DNA from: an uncultured Bacilli bacterium
Lineage (GTDB): Bacteria > Bacillota_I > Bacilli_A > RF39 > UBA660
Assembly: GCA_947629205.1 (NCBI GenBank)
Contig: CANRCV010000004.1
Span: 441-64,440, forward strand
Reading direction: 5' to 3'
Length of the DNA stretch: 64,000 nt
A program made the translations under genes and the position numbers. Positions 1-10,897 of this stretch are shown in pieces. Numbering within the stretch: the first letter of the stretch is position 1; every line of letters starts with the position of its first letter. Under the pieces are notes generated by a model, which was not told the DNA's origin, did no database searches, and was given only the letters and a program-made list of their open reading frames with translations.

Positions 1-612
1 TTGATTATAATTAGCACTATTACAAATAAAAGAACCAGCTACCACTCGATCTAAATAAGGACGAACGAATATAATCGTCTCATCATTAATTCCACCATCC
101 ATACTAATTAAGAAATTTAATTTTTTATCTTTTCGTATTGTATAAAGTTCTTTTACTCTACTTGCCATCTCTTGTATAAATTTTTGACCTCCATAACCAG
201 GAATAACACCCATAACTAATACTAAATCGACTTTTTTTAAAAGAGAATGAATCTCTTCTAATTTGGTTAAAGGACTAATAGCAATTCCTACTTTACAATT
301 TTTTTCTTGAATGTATTTTATCATTTTTTCATGATTCGTCGTTGCTTCAAATTCATATATAATCATTTCTGGTTGAACATAAGAAAAAACATCAATAAAC
401 TTTTTTAAGTGTAAAGTCATAAGATGAATTTCTTTTGCTTTTTTAGCATTTTTTAAAATATCCATTTTTTCTTGATTAAAATTTGTACATTGATTAACAA
501 ATAATCCGTCCATAACATCGACATGTATAAAATCAGCTTGCGAAGAACAAATTTGTTCTATTGTTTTTTGATAAGTCGTAGGACTTTTTAAAAAAGATAC
601 TGATGTTTTCAT
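1..612 (-). CDS. rpe: Ribulose-phosphate 3-epimerase (C-terminus beyond window start)
   Basis: Minus-strand ORF starting ATG 612..610 with AAGGAGG RBS; translation MKTSVSFLKSP...HVDVMDGLFV...MGVIPGYGGQKF typical of Rpe; conserved position after rsgA. Confidence 0.85.
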   Translation of the reverse strand, partial: MKTSVSFLKSPTTYQKTIEQICSSQADFIHVDVMDGLFVNQCTNFNQEKMDILKNAKKAKEIHLMTLHLKKFIDVFSYVQPEMIIYEFEATTNHEKMIKYIQEKNCKVGIAISPLTKLEEIHSLLKKVDLVLVMGVIPGYGGQKFIQEMASRVKELYTIRKDKKLNFLISMDGGINDETIIFVRPYLDRVVAGSFICNSANYNQ

Positions 613-621
613 AGAACCTCC

Positions 622-1449
622 TTATATATTCTTTATAAATTCTAAATAATTTTGATAACGACTTTTTAATATTTTCTTTTCCTCTACTGCCCTTTTTACT
701 CCACAATCTTTTTCTTTATCATGCAAACAATTTTTAAAAGGACAAGGATAGTTTTGAAATTCCACAAAACTATCTCTAATTTCTTCTTTACTTTTGTTTT
801 GAATCTCTAAACTCGAAAAACCAGGAGTATCTGCAATATAAAAGTTTTTAATAGAAAAGAGTTCAACATGTCTAGTCGTATGTTTTCCTCTTCCTAAACT
901 TTGAGAAATTTCATCCGTTTTTAAATGTAAATTTTTATCCATTTTATTTATGAATGTACTTTTACCAGCTCCCGTTTGACCAGTAATAACTACTACTTTC
1001 TTTTTTAAGTATGGCATTAATTTTTTTAAGTGTTTATTATCTGTAACTATAAATCCTATTTTTTTATAGTAATGAATTATTTTTTTAAGTTCTTGTTTTT
1101 CCTCTTTTGTTGCTAAATCGAATTTGGTAAAACATAAAATAGGTGTAATTTTATTTAATAAAACAATACTAATCATTTTATCTAATAAAGATAAAGAAAG
1201 ATTGGGTTGTTTCACACTTGTCACAATTAAGGCAACATCTACATTGGCAATCATAGGACGAGCAAGTTCATTTTTTCGTGGTAATATTTCTAAAATATAA
1301 TGATTTTCAGGATCAATAAGACAATAATCTCCCACTAAAGGAACAATAGCTTCTTTACGAAATTTTCCCCGAGGAATACAATCATAAGTGCCTACACTTG
1401 TCTTTACTGTACATAAATTACTAATAATTTTAATGATTTTTCCTTGCAT
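622..1449 (-). CDS. rsgA: Ribosome small-subunit-dependent GTPase A
   Basis: 275 aa; circularly permuted GTPase with GQTGAGKST and C-terminal Zn-knuckle CPF.NCLH..E..C; prkC-rsgA-rpe synteny. Confidence 0.9.
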   Translation of the reverse strand: MQGKIIKIISNLCTVKTSVGTYDCIPRGKFRKEAIVPLVGDYCLIDPENHYILEILPRKNELARPMIANVDVALIVTSVKQPNLSLSLLDKMISIVLLNKITPILCFTKFDLATKEEKQELKKIIHYYKKIGFIVTDNKHLKKLMPYLKKKVVVITGQTGAGKSTFINKMDKNLHLKTDEISQSLGRGKHTTRHVELFSIKNFYIADTPGFSSLEIQNKSKEEIRDSFVEFQNYPCPFKNCLHDKEKDCGVKRAVEEKKILKSRYQNYLEFIKNI

Positions 1450-1452
1450 AGA

Positions 1453-3186
1453 CTAACATTGTCCTAATTCTTTAGCTAAATCATCACATTCTTCTTGTGG
1501 ACTAGCTCCAACAGCATATTCAATCGTTAAAGTTACTCCAGAACGAATTGTATCTCCTTTTTTACGACTTTGACTAAGAATCGTTCCTTCTTCGTATTCA
1601 TCAGTAACAACTTCTTTTTTATTTAAAGTTAAACCATTTTCCGTACAGAATTTTTCGATTTCTTCTAAAGTATAAGAACCATCTGTAAAGTCTGGATATT
1701 TATTAATATTCGGTGTATAGAAAGTAATTTCATCTCCAGAAGATAATTTTTCTCCTTCTTTTACGGATTGTTCAATAATTTCTCCTTCTACAGCATCTTC
1801 ATAATTTTCTACTTCTTTTTTCTCTATAAAGACTTTAATTCCTAAAGCTTCTAAATAGCCCTTAACCTCTAAATAATTTTTACCTACATAGTTTTCTATG
1901 GCTATTTGATCATCTCCAACTGAAACAAATAAAGTAATAGCCGTATTTCTTGTTCTTTTACTATTTGCAGCAGGATTGGTTTTAATTACTTTTCCTTCTT
2001 CAATCTCACTAGAAGGTTGTTCCATTTGTTCATCATTTACAATAAACCCAGCTTCTTGTAATTTTACAATAGCTTCTTGAATCGTTAAATTAGTAACATC
2101 AGGAACAGTTGCTTCTTTTTCCGTTGTAATTACTGGTATTAAAACAATTAAACAAGTAATAATTACGACAAGTCCAGTAAAAATAGATGCTAAAATAATT
2201 AATAACTTGTTTTGTTTTTTTAAATCATTTTTCGTAATTTGTTTTGCTATTTGTTCTTCACCTTCACTTTCTTTTTTTGTTTCTTTTAACATTTTTGTTA
2301 CTTTCGTATCTTCAAAATTATTTTCTGGATATTTAAACGTAATTTTTGCTTCTTTGGCTCTTTCATCATTCATACAAGTTTTTAAATCTTCATGCATTTC
2401 TCGAGCATCTGCATAACGATTTTTAGGATTTTTAGCGGTTGCTTTTAAAATAATATTACAAATACTATTTGGTAAGTTTGGCAATTCTTCTTTAATATCA
2501 GGCATTGGTTCTTTTAAATGTTTTAAGGCAATTTCTACAGCGTTATCTCCTCGAAAGGGAAGTTTTCCTGTTAAAAGTTCATACATCACAACTCCCATAG
2601 AATAAATATCACTTTGTAAGCTTGCTCCTTTACCATTTGCTTGTTCTGGTGGTAAATAATGAACACTTCCCATGACCGAATTGGTTTGGGTAAGTTGAGT
2701 GGCATTCATCGCCATAGCAATACCAAAATCTGTAATTTTTACTAACCCATTTTCTAAAATCATAATATTTTGGGGTTTAATATCACGGTGAATGATATAG
2801 GAGTCATGGGCAACACTCATTCCATCCGTAATTTGAAGCATGATATCCACAACTTCACTCGTTGTTAATTTTCCTCGTTTTTTTAATAAATCTTTTAGAT
2901 GTTTTCCTTCAATATATTCCATAACGATATAGTAATTTCCACTATCTTCTCCAACATCATAAACCTCAACAATATTAGGATGATTTAAACTACTTGCTGA
3001 TAAAGCTTCTCTTTGAAAACGACGGACAAACTTTTCATCACTAGCTAAATCTCCTCTTAATAATTTAATAGCAACATTGCGATCTAATATGGTATCATAG
3101 GCAAGATAAACATTTGCCATTCCACCTTCACCAATACTTTTGATAATTTGATAACGATCACTAATCTTTTGCCCCTTCATTATCAT
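1453..3186 (-). CDS. prkC: Ser/Thr protein kinase with extracellular PASTA repeats
   Basis: 577 aa; Hanks kinase motifs (HRDIKPQN, DFGIA), central TM, C-terminal PASTA-like repeats; ATGA overlap with prpC. Confidence 0.9.
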   Translation of the reverse strand: MIMKGQKISDRYQIIKSIGEGGMANVYLAYDTILDRNVAIKLLRGDLASDEKFVRRFQREALSASSLNHPNIVEVYDVGEDSGNYYIVMEYIEGKHLKDLLKKRGKLTTSEVVDIMLQITDGMSVAHDSYIIHRDIKPQNIMILENGLVKITDFGIAMAMNATQLTQTNSVMGSVHYLPPEQANGKGASLQSDIYSMGVVMYELLTGKLPFRGDNAVEIALKHLKEPMPDIKEELPNLPNSICNIILKATAKNPKNRYADAREMHEDLKTCMNDERAKEAKITFKYPENNFEDTKVTKMLKETKKESEGEEQIAKQITKNDLKKQNKLLIILASIFTGLVVIITCLIVLIPVITTEKEATVPDVTNLTIQEAIVKLQEAGFIVNDEQMEQPSSEIEEGKVIKTNPAANSKRTRNTAITLFVSVGDDQIAIENYVGKNYLEVKGYLEALGIKVFIEKKEVENYEDAVEGEIIEQSVKEGEKLSSGDEITFYTPNINKYPDFTDGSYTLEEIEKFCTENGLTLNKKEVVTDEYEEGTILSQSRKKGDTIRSGVTLTIEYAVGASPQEECDDLAKELGQC

Positions 3187-3932
3187 TCTTGTTCACCACT
3201 TTCTTTAATTTCTAAATAAGCTATAGAGACATTATCTTGTCCTCCACGAACATTACATTTACGAATTAATTTACTTAATTTTTCTTCAATCGTTAATTCT
3301 GGATCATTTAAAACACGTTCAATTTGTTCATCGCTAAGCATATTGGTAAGTCCATCACTACATAGTAAAATAGCATCAACAGATAAATCAACATCAAAAA
3401 TATCCAATTCTACTTTTTCCATAGCTCCTAAAGCTTTCATTAAAACATTTTTTTTAGGATGATACTTGGCTTCTTCTTCTGTTAATTGTCCTGTTTCTAC
3501 TAATAAATTAACTAAAGAGTGTGGTTTTGTTACTTGATGTAATTTATCATTTTTAAGTACATAACCTGTCGAATCTCCAATATTACCAAAAATTAAATAT
3601 TCTTTCGTTAATAAAGCTAATACAAGGGTTGTACCAAGTCCTGTTGCTTCTGGATTTTTTTTAGCATATTCAATAATTTCATTATTAACCTCACTCGCAT
3701 TATCATTCATCCAGTTTACAGCATCTAACTTGGAACCTACAGAAGGCATTTCATTAAATCTTTTACCAAAATGCGTAACAGCCATACTAGAAGCAACCTC
3801 TCCAGCACGATGTCCCCCCATTCCATCTGCAACCATTAAAAGATATTCTTGATTATTATTTTTTAATATGGTAACACTATCTTCATTGTGGCTTCTTACT
3901 CTTCCTGCATCTGTTAAATAAAATGATTTCAT
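3183..3932 (-). CDS. prpC: PP2C-family Ser/Thr phosphatase
   Basis: PP2C motifs (ADGMGGH, DGLTN); start trimmed to MKSFYLTD with AGAGGTGGAG RBS; ATGA overlap with rlmN TGA stop. Confidence 0.85.
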   Translation of the reverse strand: MKSFYLTDAGRVRSHNEDSVTILKNNNQEYLLMVADGMGGHRAGEVASSMAVTHFGKRFNEMPSVGSKLDAVNWMNDNASEVNNEIIEYAKKNPEATGLGTTLVLALLTKEYLIFGNIGDSTGYVLKNDKLHQVTKPHSLVNLLVETGQLTEEEAKYHPKKNVLMKALGAMEKVELDIFDVDLSVDAILLCSDGLTNMLSDEQIERVLNDPELTIEEKLSKLIRKCNVRGGQDNVSIAYLEIKESGEQE

Positions 3933-4972
3933 TTCTCCACCTCTTTGCTTCTTAACTGCCCACAAGCAGCAGAAATTTTGCTTCCAAATTCTTTTCGTAT
4001 TGTTACATTAATTTTATTTTCTTTTAATATACTACAAAAATGTTGAATTGTTTTTGCATCACTTTTATATAAATCAATATGATTGGTTTCATTATAGGGA
4101 ATTAAATTTACATAAATATTCATGCCTTTTAATAAATGAGCCAGCTCTTTTGCACAAGAGTCACTATCATTTATCCCTTTAAGCATAACATATTCTATGG
4201 TCACTCGTCTATTAGTATGATGAATATAGTCCTGAATTGCTTGTATAAGTTGACTAATATTATACACTTGATTGACTTTCATAATTTGGTTTCTTATTGT
4301 ATCATTTGGAGCATGTAGAGAAACAGCTAAGTTAATTTGGATATTTTCCTTCATTAAATCATAAATTTTAGGAACAATTCCACTTGTGGATAAAGTAATA
4401 TGACGAATACCTAATGCCAGTCCTTTTGGATCATTTATAATACGAATAAAATCCATTACATGATCATAATTATCTAAAGGTTCTCCAATACCCATAATGA
4501 CAACACTTGCTATACGATCTTTTATTTCTTTTTCAATTTCAATAATTTGTCCAACCATTTCATAAGTTTCTAAATTTCTTACCTTTTTAAGTCGGCCACT
4601 TTCACAAAAAGCACATCCCATATTACAACCAACTTGACTAGATACACATAAACTAATACCATAATCATGATACATGACAACAGCTTCAATATGATTATGA
4701 TCTTCTAATTCAAATAAATACTTTCTTGTTAAAGTATCTCTTTCTTGTTTGATAATTTTAGGTGTTTGAACGACAAAATCTTCTTTTAATTCTTCTCTTA
4801 CTTCTTTTTTTAAATTACTCCATAAATCTATATTCTCTATTTTATGAATATATAACCATTCAAAAACTTGTAAAGCTTTAAATTTTTTTTCTCCTTTACT
4901 TAAAAAATACTCTTCTAATTTTTTTCTTGTATATCCATAAATTGAATTCAATGTCTTTTCACCTAAATTCAT
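3929..4972 (-). CDS. rlmN: 23S rRNA/tRNA m2A methyltransferase RlmN (radical SAM)
   Basis: 347 aa; CNMGCAFC radical-SAM motif; ends in TGA (shows TGA=stop in this genome). Confidence 0.9.
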   Translation of the reverse strand: MNLGEKTLNSIYGYTRKKLEEYFLSKGEKKFKALQVFEWLYIHKIENIDLWSNLKKEVREELKEDFVVQTPKIIKQERDTLTRKYLFELEDHNHIEAVVMYHDYGISLCVSSQVGCNMGCAFCESGRLKKVRNLETYEMVGQIIEIEKEIKDRIASVVIMGIGEPLDNYDHVMDFIRIINDPKGLALGIRHITLSTSGIVPKIYDLMKENIQINLAVSLHAPNDTIRNQIMKVNQVYNISQLIQAIQDYIHHTNRRVTIEYVMLKGINDSDSCAKELAHLLKGMNIYVNLIPYNETNHIDLYKSDAKTIQHFCSILKENKINVTIRKEFGSKISAACGQLRSKEVEK

Positions 4973-5015
4973 TATAGCACAATTTAAAAAAAAGAAAAAA
5001 TAGTCATAAACAAGA

Positions 5016-5615
5016 TTAATAGGTATAATCTAGTTCATAAGTTTTACTTTCTTCTTGAATCAAAATTCTTTTTATTTTATTTTCTTTGGTTACATAAACC
5101 GTGATTTTTTTATCTTCTAACGTATAAATATAAGAAATATCTGTACTTTCAATCACATCATAGTCCTCTTCCGGTATATTTTTTATAAGAGCATATAAAG
5201 AAGAAGGTTGAAAATAAATATCATTTTCATATAAAGTTTCTAAAGGATATCTTTCTCCCATCACGAGTTCATAACATTGATTATTTTCAATTTCGTATTT
5301 TAAAATACCATCTTTATTTTCACGATAACCACTTGTTTTTCCATTTTCATAATTTCCTGTATATTCTACTTTTTCTTCTCCACTCGTAATTGTATATAAA
5401 AAATGATAGTTTGCTTCTAATAAATTTTGCCATATGGCATCATAACTTATTTCTTTTACTTGTTTTTCTATAGGAAGCGTTTTAGGAGGTAGAAATTGAT
5501 TACATAAAAAGACAATTCCTGTAAGTAACGTTAAAGAAATAATCCAAAGAATTAAAACCATTAAAGCATGCCATCTAGGATGTTTCCAACATTTTTTTAA
5601 AAATTCTATATTCAT
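5016..5615 (-). CDS. Hypothetical membrane-anchored protein
   Basis: 199 aa ORF with N-terminal TM segment; sits where rsmB is usually found in Firmicutes. Confidence 0.5.
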   Translation of the reverse strand: MNIEFLKKCWKHPRWHALMVLILWIISLTLLTGIVFLCNQFLPPKTLPIEKQVKEISYDAIWQNLLEANYHFLYTITSGEEKVEYTGNYENGKTSGYRENKDGILKYEIENNQCYELVMGERYPLETLYENDIYFQPSSLYALIKNIPEEDYDVIESTDISYIYTLEDKKITVYVTKENKIKRILIQEESKTYELDYTY

Positions 5616-6545
5616 TTAACTCACCTTTTTTTTCTTTAATTCTTCTTGATTACAACCATTTAAATAAGAGACAATATCCATTTTATTTTTACCAAAAGGT
5701 TTAATACTTTCTAAATAAAGTATTCCATCTTTACACCCGATTCCCATTTCTTTTTTAGAAATATACAATTGATAAGGTTTAGCCATGTGATCCTCTTTAA
5801 AATGGGCTTCAAAAACTTTTATTTCTACCGTATCTAGTAAAAAGTTCGCAACTGGCCAAGGATTTAAACCACGTATTTGATTTAGTATTTGCTCACCAGT
5901 TTTTTGAAAATCTATTTTTTCGTCTTCTCTTTTTATGTTATAAGCATATGTAACTTTATTGATATCTTGTTTTATTCTTTTATTTGTACCAGCTATAATA
6001 CTTGGTAGCGTTTTTATTAATAATTGAGCTCCCATAAGAGATAATTTTTCATGTAACGTACCGACATTATCAACTGATGTTATTGTGTATTCTTCTTGTT
6101 CAATAATATCTCCACTGTCCATTGCCTCATCCATATACATAATGGTAATACCCGTTTTTTCATCTCCATTAATTAAACAATGATGAATAGGAGCTCCACC
6201 TCTATATTTAGGAAGCAAGGATGCATGAACATTAATACAACCATATTTTGGATAATCTAAAATACTTTTAGGAATGATTTGTCCATAAGCACAAGTAATA
6301 ATGATATCGGGATGTACATCCAGAATTTTTTGATAATCTTCTTTTATTTTGGTTGGTTGAAAAACAGAAATAGCATTTTTTTCGGCTTCTACTTTGACAG
6401 GAGTTTTGGTTACTATTTGCTTTCTTCCCACACATTTATCTGGTTGCGTTACGACTAAAACCACTGTTGTATTTTTAATTAATTCTTGTAAAACGGGAAC
6501 AGCAAAATCAGGAGTACCCATAAACACAACTCTTACATCTTTCAT
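5616..6545 (-). CDS. fmt: Methionyl-tRNA formyltransferase
   Basis: 309 aa; formyltransferase N- and C-domains (HASLLPKYRG); priA...fmt synteny. Confidence 0.9.
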   Translation of the reverse strand: MKDVRVVFMGTPDFAVPVLQELIKNTTVVLVVTQPDKCVGRKQIVTKTPVKVEAEKNAISVFQPTKIKEDYQKILDVHPDIIITCAYGQIIPKSILDYPKYGCINVHASLLPKYRGGAPIHHCLINGDEKTGITIMYMDEAMDSGDIIEQEEYTITSVDNVGTLHEKLSLMGAQLLIKTLPSIIAGTNKRIKQDINKVTYAYNIKREDEKIDFQKTGEQILNQIRGLNPWPVANFLLDTVEIKVFEAHFKEDHMAKPYQLYISKKEMGIGCKDGILYLESIKPFGKNKMDIVSYLNGCNQEELKKKKVS

Positions 6546-6607
6546 TTGTAATCACCTACTTATCATTATACAAGAAAAAAAATAAATTTACACTAATTCG
6601 TGCAAAT

Positions 6608-6934
6608 TTATTTCGTTAAAGTTTTTGTATATTCTTCTGTATCTTCTTGTACTTCCATTTCATATAATTGGTCTTCTAATTTATGTAATCTATGACTAGC
6701 ATCAAGACTATGATAATGTAAAGCTATTAGTGCACCTAGCATAAAAATAGAATAAACATATGAAAATTTATCATTATGATTTTGAATGGCCATATCTAAC
6801 ATGGCTAGCATACTTGGTACTCCTAGACAAACGGTTAATCGACCAATCATTAAGTCAAATTTCAAGCTTTTTATTTTCTTTTGAAGTTCTTCCTTATTTT
6901 TGGCATCTTTAACCTCTTTAATTTTCATATTCAA
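6608..6934 (-). CDS. Hypothetical small membrane protein
   Basis: 108 aa ORF, 2 predicted TM; no recognisable family. Confidence 0.4.
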   Translation of the reverse strand: MNMKIKEVKDAKNKEELQKKIKSLKFDLMIGRLTVCLGVPSMLAMLDMAIQNHNDKFSYVYSIFMLGALIALHYHSLDASHRLHKLEDQLYEMEVQEDTEEYTKTLTK

Positions 6935-6994
6935 ATTTCCCCCTTTATTGGAATGGTTCCTATCCTACCACAAGGATAAGTAAATGGCAAATTT

Positions 6995-7426
6995 TTATAA
7001 TTCTTTTTTTAAAGTAAGTTGTTCTTCATATACTTTTTTTGTTACATGAAACATTTTAGAAGAAAGAATGATCTCTTTATATATTTCTTCTAAAAAAATC
7101 ATATAAAGGAGCCATAAACCATTTTCAATGAAAAATACAATGGGATGATTAGCAGAATGTTTAAACCATAACCAATAGTCTTCTAATAAAAAGAGACTAG
7201 CAAATACTCCAAAACTAGTAGTTATTCCAGCAGATATCTTTTCACTTTTTAGTTTTCTTTGCCATTTTTCTAATCCTTCTTTTAATTCTTCTAAAGAATA
7301 CTTTCTTTGTTCAATAGACTGAAAAATACTAGTTTTACTATCGTAAATATTCTTGATTTTCATCTTTTTACTACACATTTTTACATCTTGTTCTAAATTT
7401 TTTTCTATATTTTCTTCATTTTGCAT
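6995..7426 (-). CDS. Hypothetical small membrane protein
   Basis: 143 aa ORF with hydrophobic core; sits where def is usually found. Confidence 0.4.
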   Translation of the reverse strand: MQNEENIEKNLEQDVKMCSKKMKIKNIYDSKTSIFQSIEQRKYSLEELKEGLEKWQRKLKSEKISAGITTSFGVFASLFLLEDYWLWFKHSANHPIVFFIENGLWLLYMIFLEEIYKEIILSSKMFHVTKKVYEEQLTLKKEL

Positions 7427-7482
7427 TATTTAGTTCCCCTCTATTTGAATGGTTTTTACTTTAACATACCGATTTTAAAATG

Positions 7483-9669
7483 TCAAACACTCGTTGGATT
7501 GATATCAATTTCTAAATGAATTTTATGATTAAGAATAAACAAAGAATCTAATTCTTTTAAAGTTTGCATTAATTTTGTATCAAAACGATATTTTATTAAA
7601 ATTTGAAAACGATATATATTATTCACTTTAAAAACATTTGCTGTTGTAGGACCTAAGATAATGGTATTTTCATCTACATTTTTCTTTAAATATTGCACTA
7701 CTTTTACAGCTTCTTTACTACATAGATCATAATCCATTCCTGTTACTTTAATCCCTACTAAATAGTAAAAAGGTGGATATTTTAATTTTTTACGTAGATT
7801 CATTTCATATTGATAAAATTTTTCATAGTTTTGTTCTTTTACACATTTTAAAATAAAATTATTGGGCATGTAAGTTTGAATCACAACCGTCCCAACTGTA
7901 TCTTTTCTCCCAGCTCGACCAGCAGCTTGGGATAAAAGAGAAAAGGTACGTTCATTACTACGAAAATCAGCAATATTTAAAGAAGCATCGGCATTAATAA
8001 TCCCTACGACACTAACCTTTGGAAAATCAAGTCCTTTACTAATCATTTGTGTTCCTAGTAAAATATCATATTCTTGATTTTTAAATTTTTCAATCATTGT
8101 TTCATAACTATTTTTAACTCTTGTTGTATCAGCATCCATTCTTAATACTTTTGTATCAGGAAATTCTTTTAAAATCAATTGTTCTAATTTTTCCGTACCA
8201 TAACCATAAAAGTTTAGGCTTTCTTTACAATTAGGACAAAAATCTTTTTTATACGTTGTATAACCACAATAATGACATCTTAAGTTATTTTTTGTTTTAT
8301 GATACGTTAATGTAATATCACAATGAGGACATTTATAAGTAAAACCACAATTACTACAGGTAATGGTTGTAGAAAATCCTCTACGATTTAGTAGTAAAAT
8401 AACTTGTTCTTGACGACTTAATGCTCCTTCTATTTCATTTTTTAATGCATCACTTAATATTAAATTTCCTTTTTTCGCTTCTTCTTTCATATCAACAATC
8501 GTACAAATAGGTAAAGCTTGATGATTAATTCTATTTTTAAGTTCTAAACGCGTATATAAATTTTTAGTGGATTTGGCCATACGTTCTAAAGTAGGAGTTG
8601 CACTACCTAAAACAATAGGAATTTGATTTAACTCGGCACGATACTCCAAAACATCAATAGCATTATATCTTGGGGTATTTTCTTGTTTATAACTTTCAGC
8701 GTGTTCTTCATCAACAATAATAATTCCTAAATGACTTAAAGGAGCAAAAGCAGCACTACGAACACCAATAACAATTTTTACCTCTCCTCTTTTAATTTTA
8801 CGCCATTCATCATATCGTTCTCCATTTGATAAATGACTATGTAAAACCGCAACAGAATTTGAAAATCTTTGACGAAACGTATAAACAAATTGAGGAGTTA
8901 AACTAATTTCTGGAACAACCACTAAAGCTGTTTTTCCTTGTTTTATGACCTCTTCTATCACTTGCATATAAACCTCAGTTTTTCCAGAACCTGTTATACC
9001 ATACAATAAAAATTTATGAAAAGTATTTAACTTTTTTAAAATCGCATCATAAGCATTTTTTTGTTCGGTATTTAATATTTTTTTCTCATCACTTACATAG
9101 ACTTTATCTTCTAAACGATAAACCTCTTCTTGTTCTTCTCGAATGATATTTTTTTTAAGTAAAGTACTAACACTCGATAAAGAAATTTGTTGGGCTTCTT
9201 TTTTAGTAAGTTTAGAAGAAGCCTCAATACAATCAATAATCTCTTTTTGACTCTTCGTTTTAGCTTGGTTTAAAGCATCATCATAAGGCATATTTAGTAT
9301 TAAAAACTTTTCATATTTTTTATTTATTTTTTTACTTTTTAATGAAGCTTTTAAAGCTTTAGGAAGCATAGTTGCATAAGCAGTCGATAAACTACATAAA
9401 TAAGTATTTTTTAAAAATTGTCCTAATTTTATAAGTTCTTCATTTAAAATACTTTCTTCATCTAAAACCGCTAGAATTTCTCGAATGGTAAAATCGCCTT
9501 CAACCTTTTTTTTCACATTCAAAATAAATCCTTCCAACTCTCGATGTTGAAAAGGAACTTTAACGCGTTTTCCAATTTCTATTTTTTTTAATAAAGAAGT
9601 AGGAACTTTATAAGTATAGGTTTGATCGGTTTGTTTATTTTTTAATTCTAGTAAAACATCTACAAACAA
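7483..9669 (-). CDS. priA: Primosomal protein N' (replication restart helicase)
   Basis: 728 aa; Walker A GITGSGKTEVY, DEAH box, Cys-rich zinc-binding region CSNCGF..CPHCD..C..CG. Confidence 0.9.
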   Translation of the reverse strand: MFVDVLLELKNKQTDQTYTYKVPTSLLKKIEIGKRVKVPFQHRELEGFILNVKKKVEGDFTIREILAVLDEESILNEELIKLGQFLKNTYLCSLSTAYATMLPKALKASLKSKKINKKYEKFLILNMPYDDALNQAKTKSQKEIIDCIEASSKLTKKEAQQISLSSVSTLLKKNIIREEQEEVYRLEDKVYVSDEKKILNTEQKNAYDAILKKLNTFHKFLLYGITGSGKTEVYMQVIEEVIKQGKTALVVVPEISLTPQFVYTFRQRFSNSVAVLHSHLSNGERYDEWRKIKRGEVKIVIGVRSAAFAPLSHLGIIIVDEEHAESYKQENTPRYNAIDVLEYRAELNQIPIVLGSATPTLERMAKSTKNLYTRLELKNRINHQALPICTIVDMKEEAKKGNLILSDALKNEIEGALSRQEQVILLLNRRGFSTTITCSNCGFTYKCPHCDITLTYHKTKNNLRCHYCGYTTYKKDFCPNCKESLNFYGYGTEKLEQLILKEFPDTKVLRMDADTTRVKNSYETMIEKFKNQEYDILLGTQMISKGLDFPKVSVVGIINADASLNIADFRSNERTFSLLSQAAGRAGRKDTVGTVVIQTYMPNNFILKCVKEQNYEKFYQYEMNLRKKLKYPPFYYLVGIKVTGMDYDLCSKEAVKVVQYLKKNVDENTIILGPTTANVFKVNNIYRFQILIKYRFDTKLMQTLKELDSLFILNHKIHLEIDINPTSV

Positions 9670-9694
9670 TATTGTCCCCTCATTTCATCATGTT

Positions 9695-10831
9695 CTAGCG
9701 AAATAACATAATCGATAAGAATGCTATATAAATAACTAAAACAATATAACCATTCATCTCATCGGTTTTAGAAGATTTACCAGGAATTCCTAAGGCCATA
9801 GTTGCTAAATATCCTCCAATTAAACCACCTATATGAGCAGCATTATCAATATTACTAAGCATAAAGCCCATAAATAAATTTAATAAAATGATAGGAATAA
9901 TTTGCGTTTTTAAAGTCGTTCCTAAGTACAAACGATAATGGTATCCAAAGTATAAAATACTTCCTAATAAACCAAATATAGCACCACTGGCTCCAACCGA
10001 TAAAGGATTAAACAAACTAGACATTAAACTACCACTAATAGCACTTGTGATATAGATTAAGAAAAATTTTCTTTTTCCTAAAAAATTTTCCAGTTGCATT
10101 CCAATAACACATAAAGAATAAATATTAACGAGTAAATGAATTAAATTCGCATGTAAAAAAGTTCCTGTCAGTAATCGCCATAATTGACCAGATTGAATTG
10201 CTGTACTAGCTACAGCACCAAGTCGAAATAAACTATAAGTATCCATATTTCCTTTGCTATAAATAAAACTAATAAAGAAATAAATAACACATAAAGCCAT
10301 TAATAAATATGTAACAATAATTTTTTTCGGTTTAAAAGTAGCTTCATAGATTTGATTGGTTTTCGCATTCTTTTTATTAATATCTTCTGTAACATTTAAA
10401 ATTAAATCAAACCCTTCACTATCTTTTAATAGTTTATTTTCAATTCCGGGAAAATACTTTTCTATTTTACTCGTTTCTTTTTTACTTACATCTTTTAAAA
10501 TAATCGATTTAATATGTTTTTCATCTTCTATTTTTACATTTTCATTTACATCTAAAAAAATATTTAATGTATTCATAGTAAAAGAAACTGTTTTTCTTTT
10601 AATTTGACGCATGACATTATAAATTTTAAATAAATCTGTACGAAATTGTTCTTCATTATGAATATAATTTGAATTAATTCTTACAATTTTATATTTTGCA
10701 TCACTATTTTCTAACCATATTTCATCTTTTACTCCATTAACAATAATAGGAGCATAGTTTTCTTCTGTAATAAAATAATGAACCAAACGCATCACAATTT
10801 CATCTTTACGAGTAATAGTAATTGTATTCAT
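9695..10831 (-). CDS. Rhomboid-family intramembrane serine protease with N-terminal cytoplasmic domain
   Basis: 378 aa; GASGAIFGLLG catalytic Ser motif and downstream His (AHIGG); GluP/YqgP-like architecture. Confidence 0.8.
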   Translation of the reverse strand: MNTITITRKDEIVMRLVHYFITEENYAPIIVNGVKDEIWLENSDAKYKIVRINSNYIHNEEQFRTDLFKIYNVMRQIKRKTVSFTMNTLNIFLDVNENVKIEDEKHIKSIILKDVSKKETSKIEKYFPGIENKLLKDSEGFDLILNVTEDINKKNAKTNQIYEATFKPKKIIVTYLLMALCVIYFFISFIYSKGNMDTYSLFRLGAVASTAIQSGQLWRLLTGTFLHANLIHLLVNIYSLCVIGMQLENFLGKRKFFLIYITSAISGSLMSSLFNPLSVGASGAIFGLLGSILYFGYHYRLYLGTTLKTQIIPIILLNLFMGFMLSNIDNAAHIGGLIGGYLATMALGIPGKSSKTDEMNGYIVLVIYIAFLSIMLFR

Positions 10832-10897
10832 CTAGAATCCTCCTTAGTCAGTACTATTATTTTAGTACATTTCATAAATTTAGTAAAGAGGTGATTT

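Noticed and set aside
2207-2416. Short +strand ORFs inside long minus-strand genes (e.g. 2207..2416, 4136..4318, 20251..20583, 24928..25161, 51894..52412, 58676..58904)
   Set aside because: Shadow ORFs antisense to well-supported conserved genes; low-complexity translations; no RBS.
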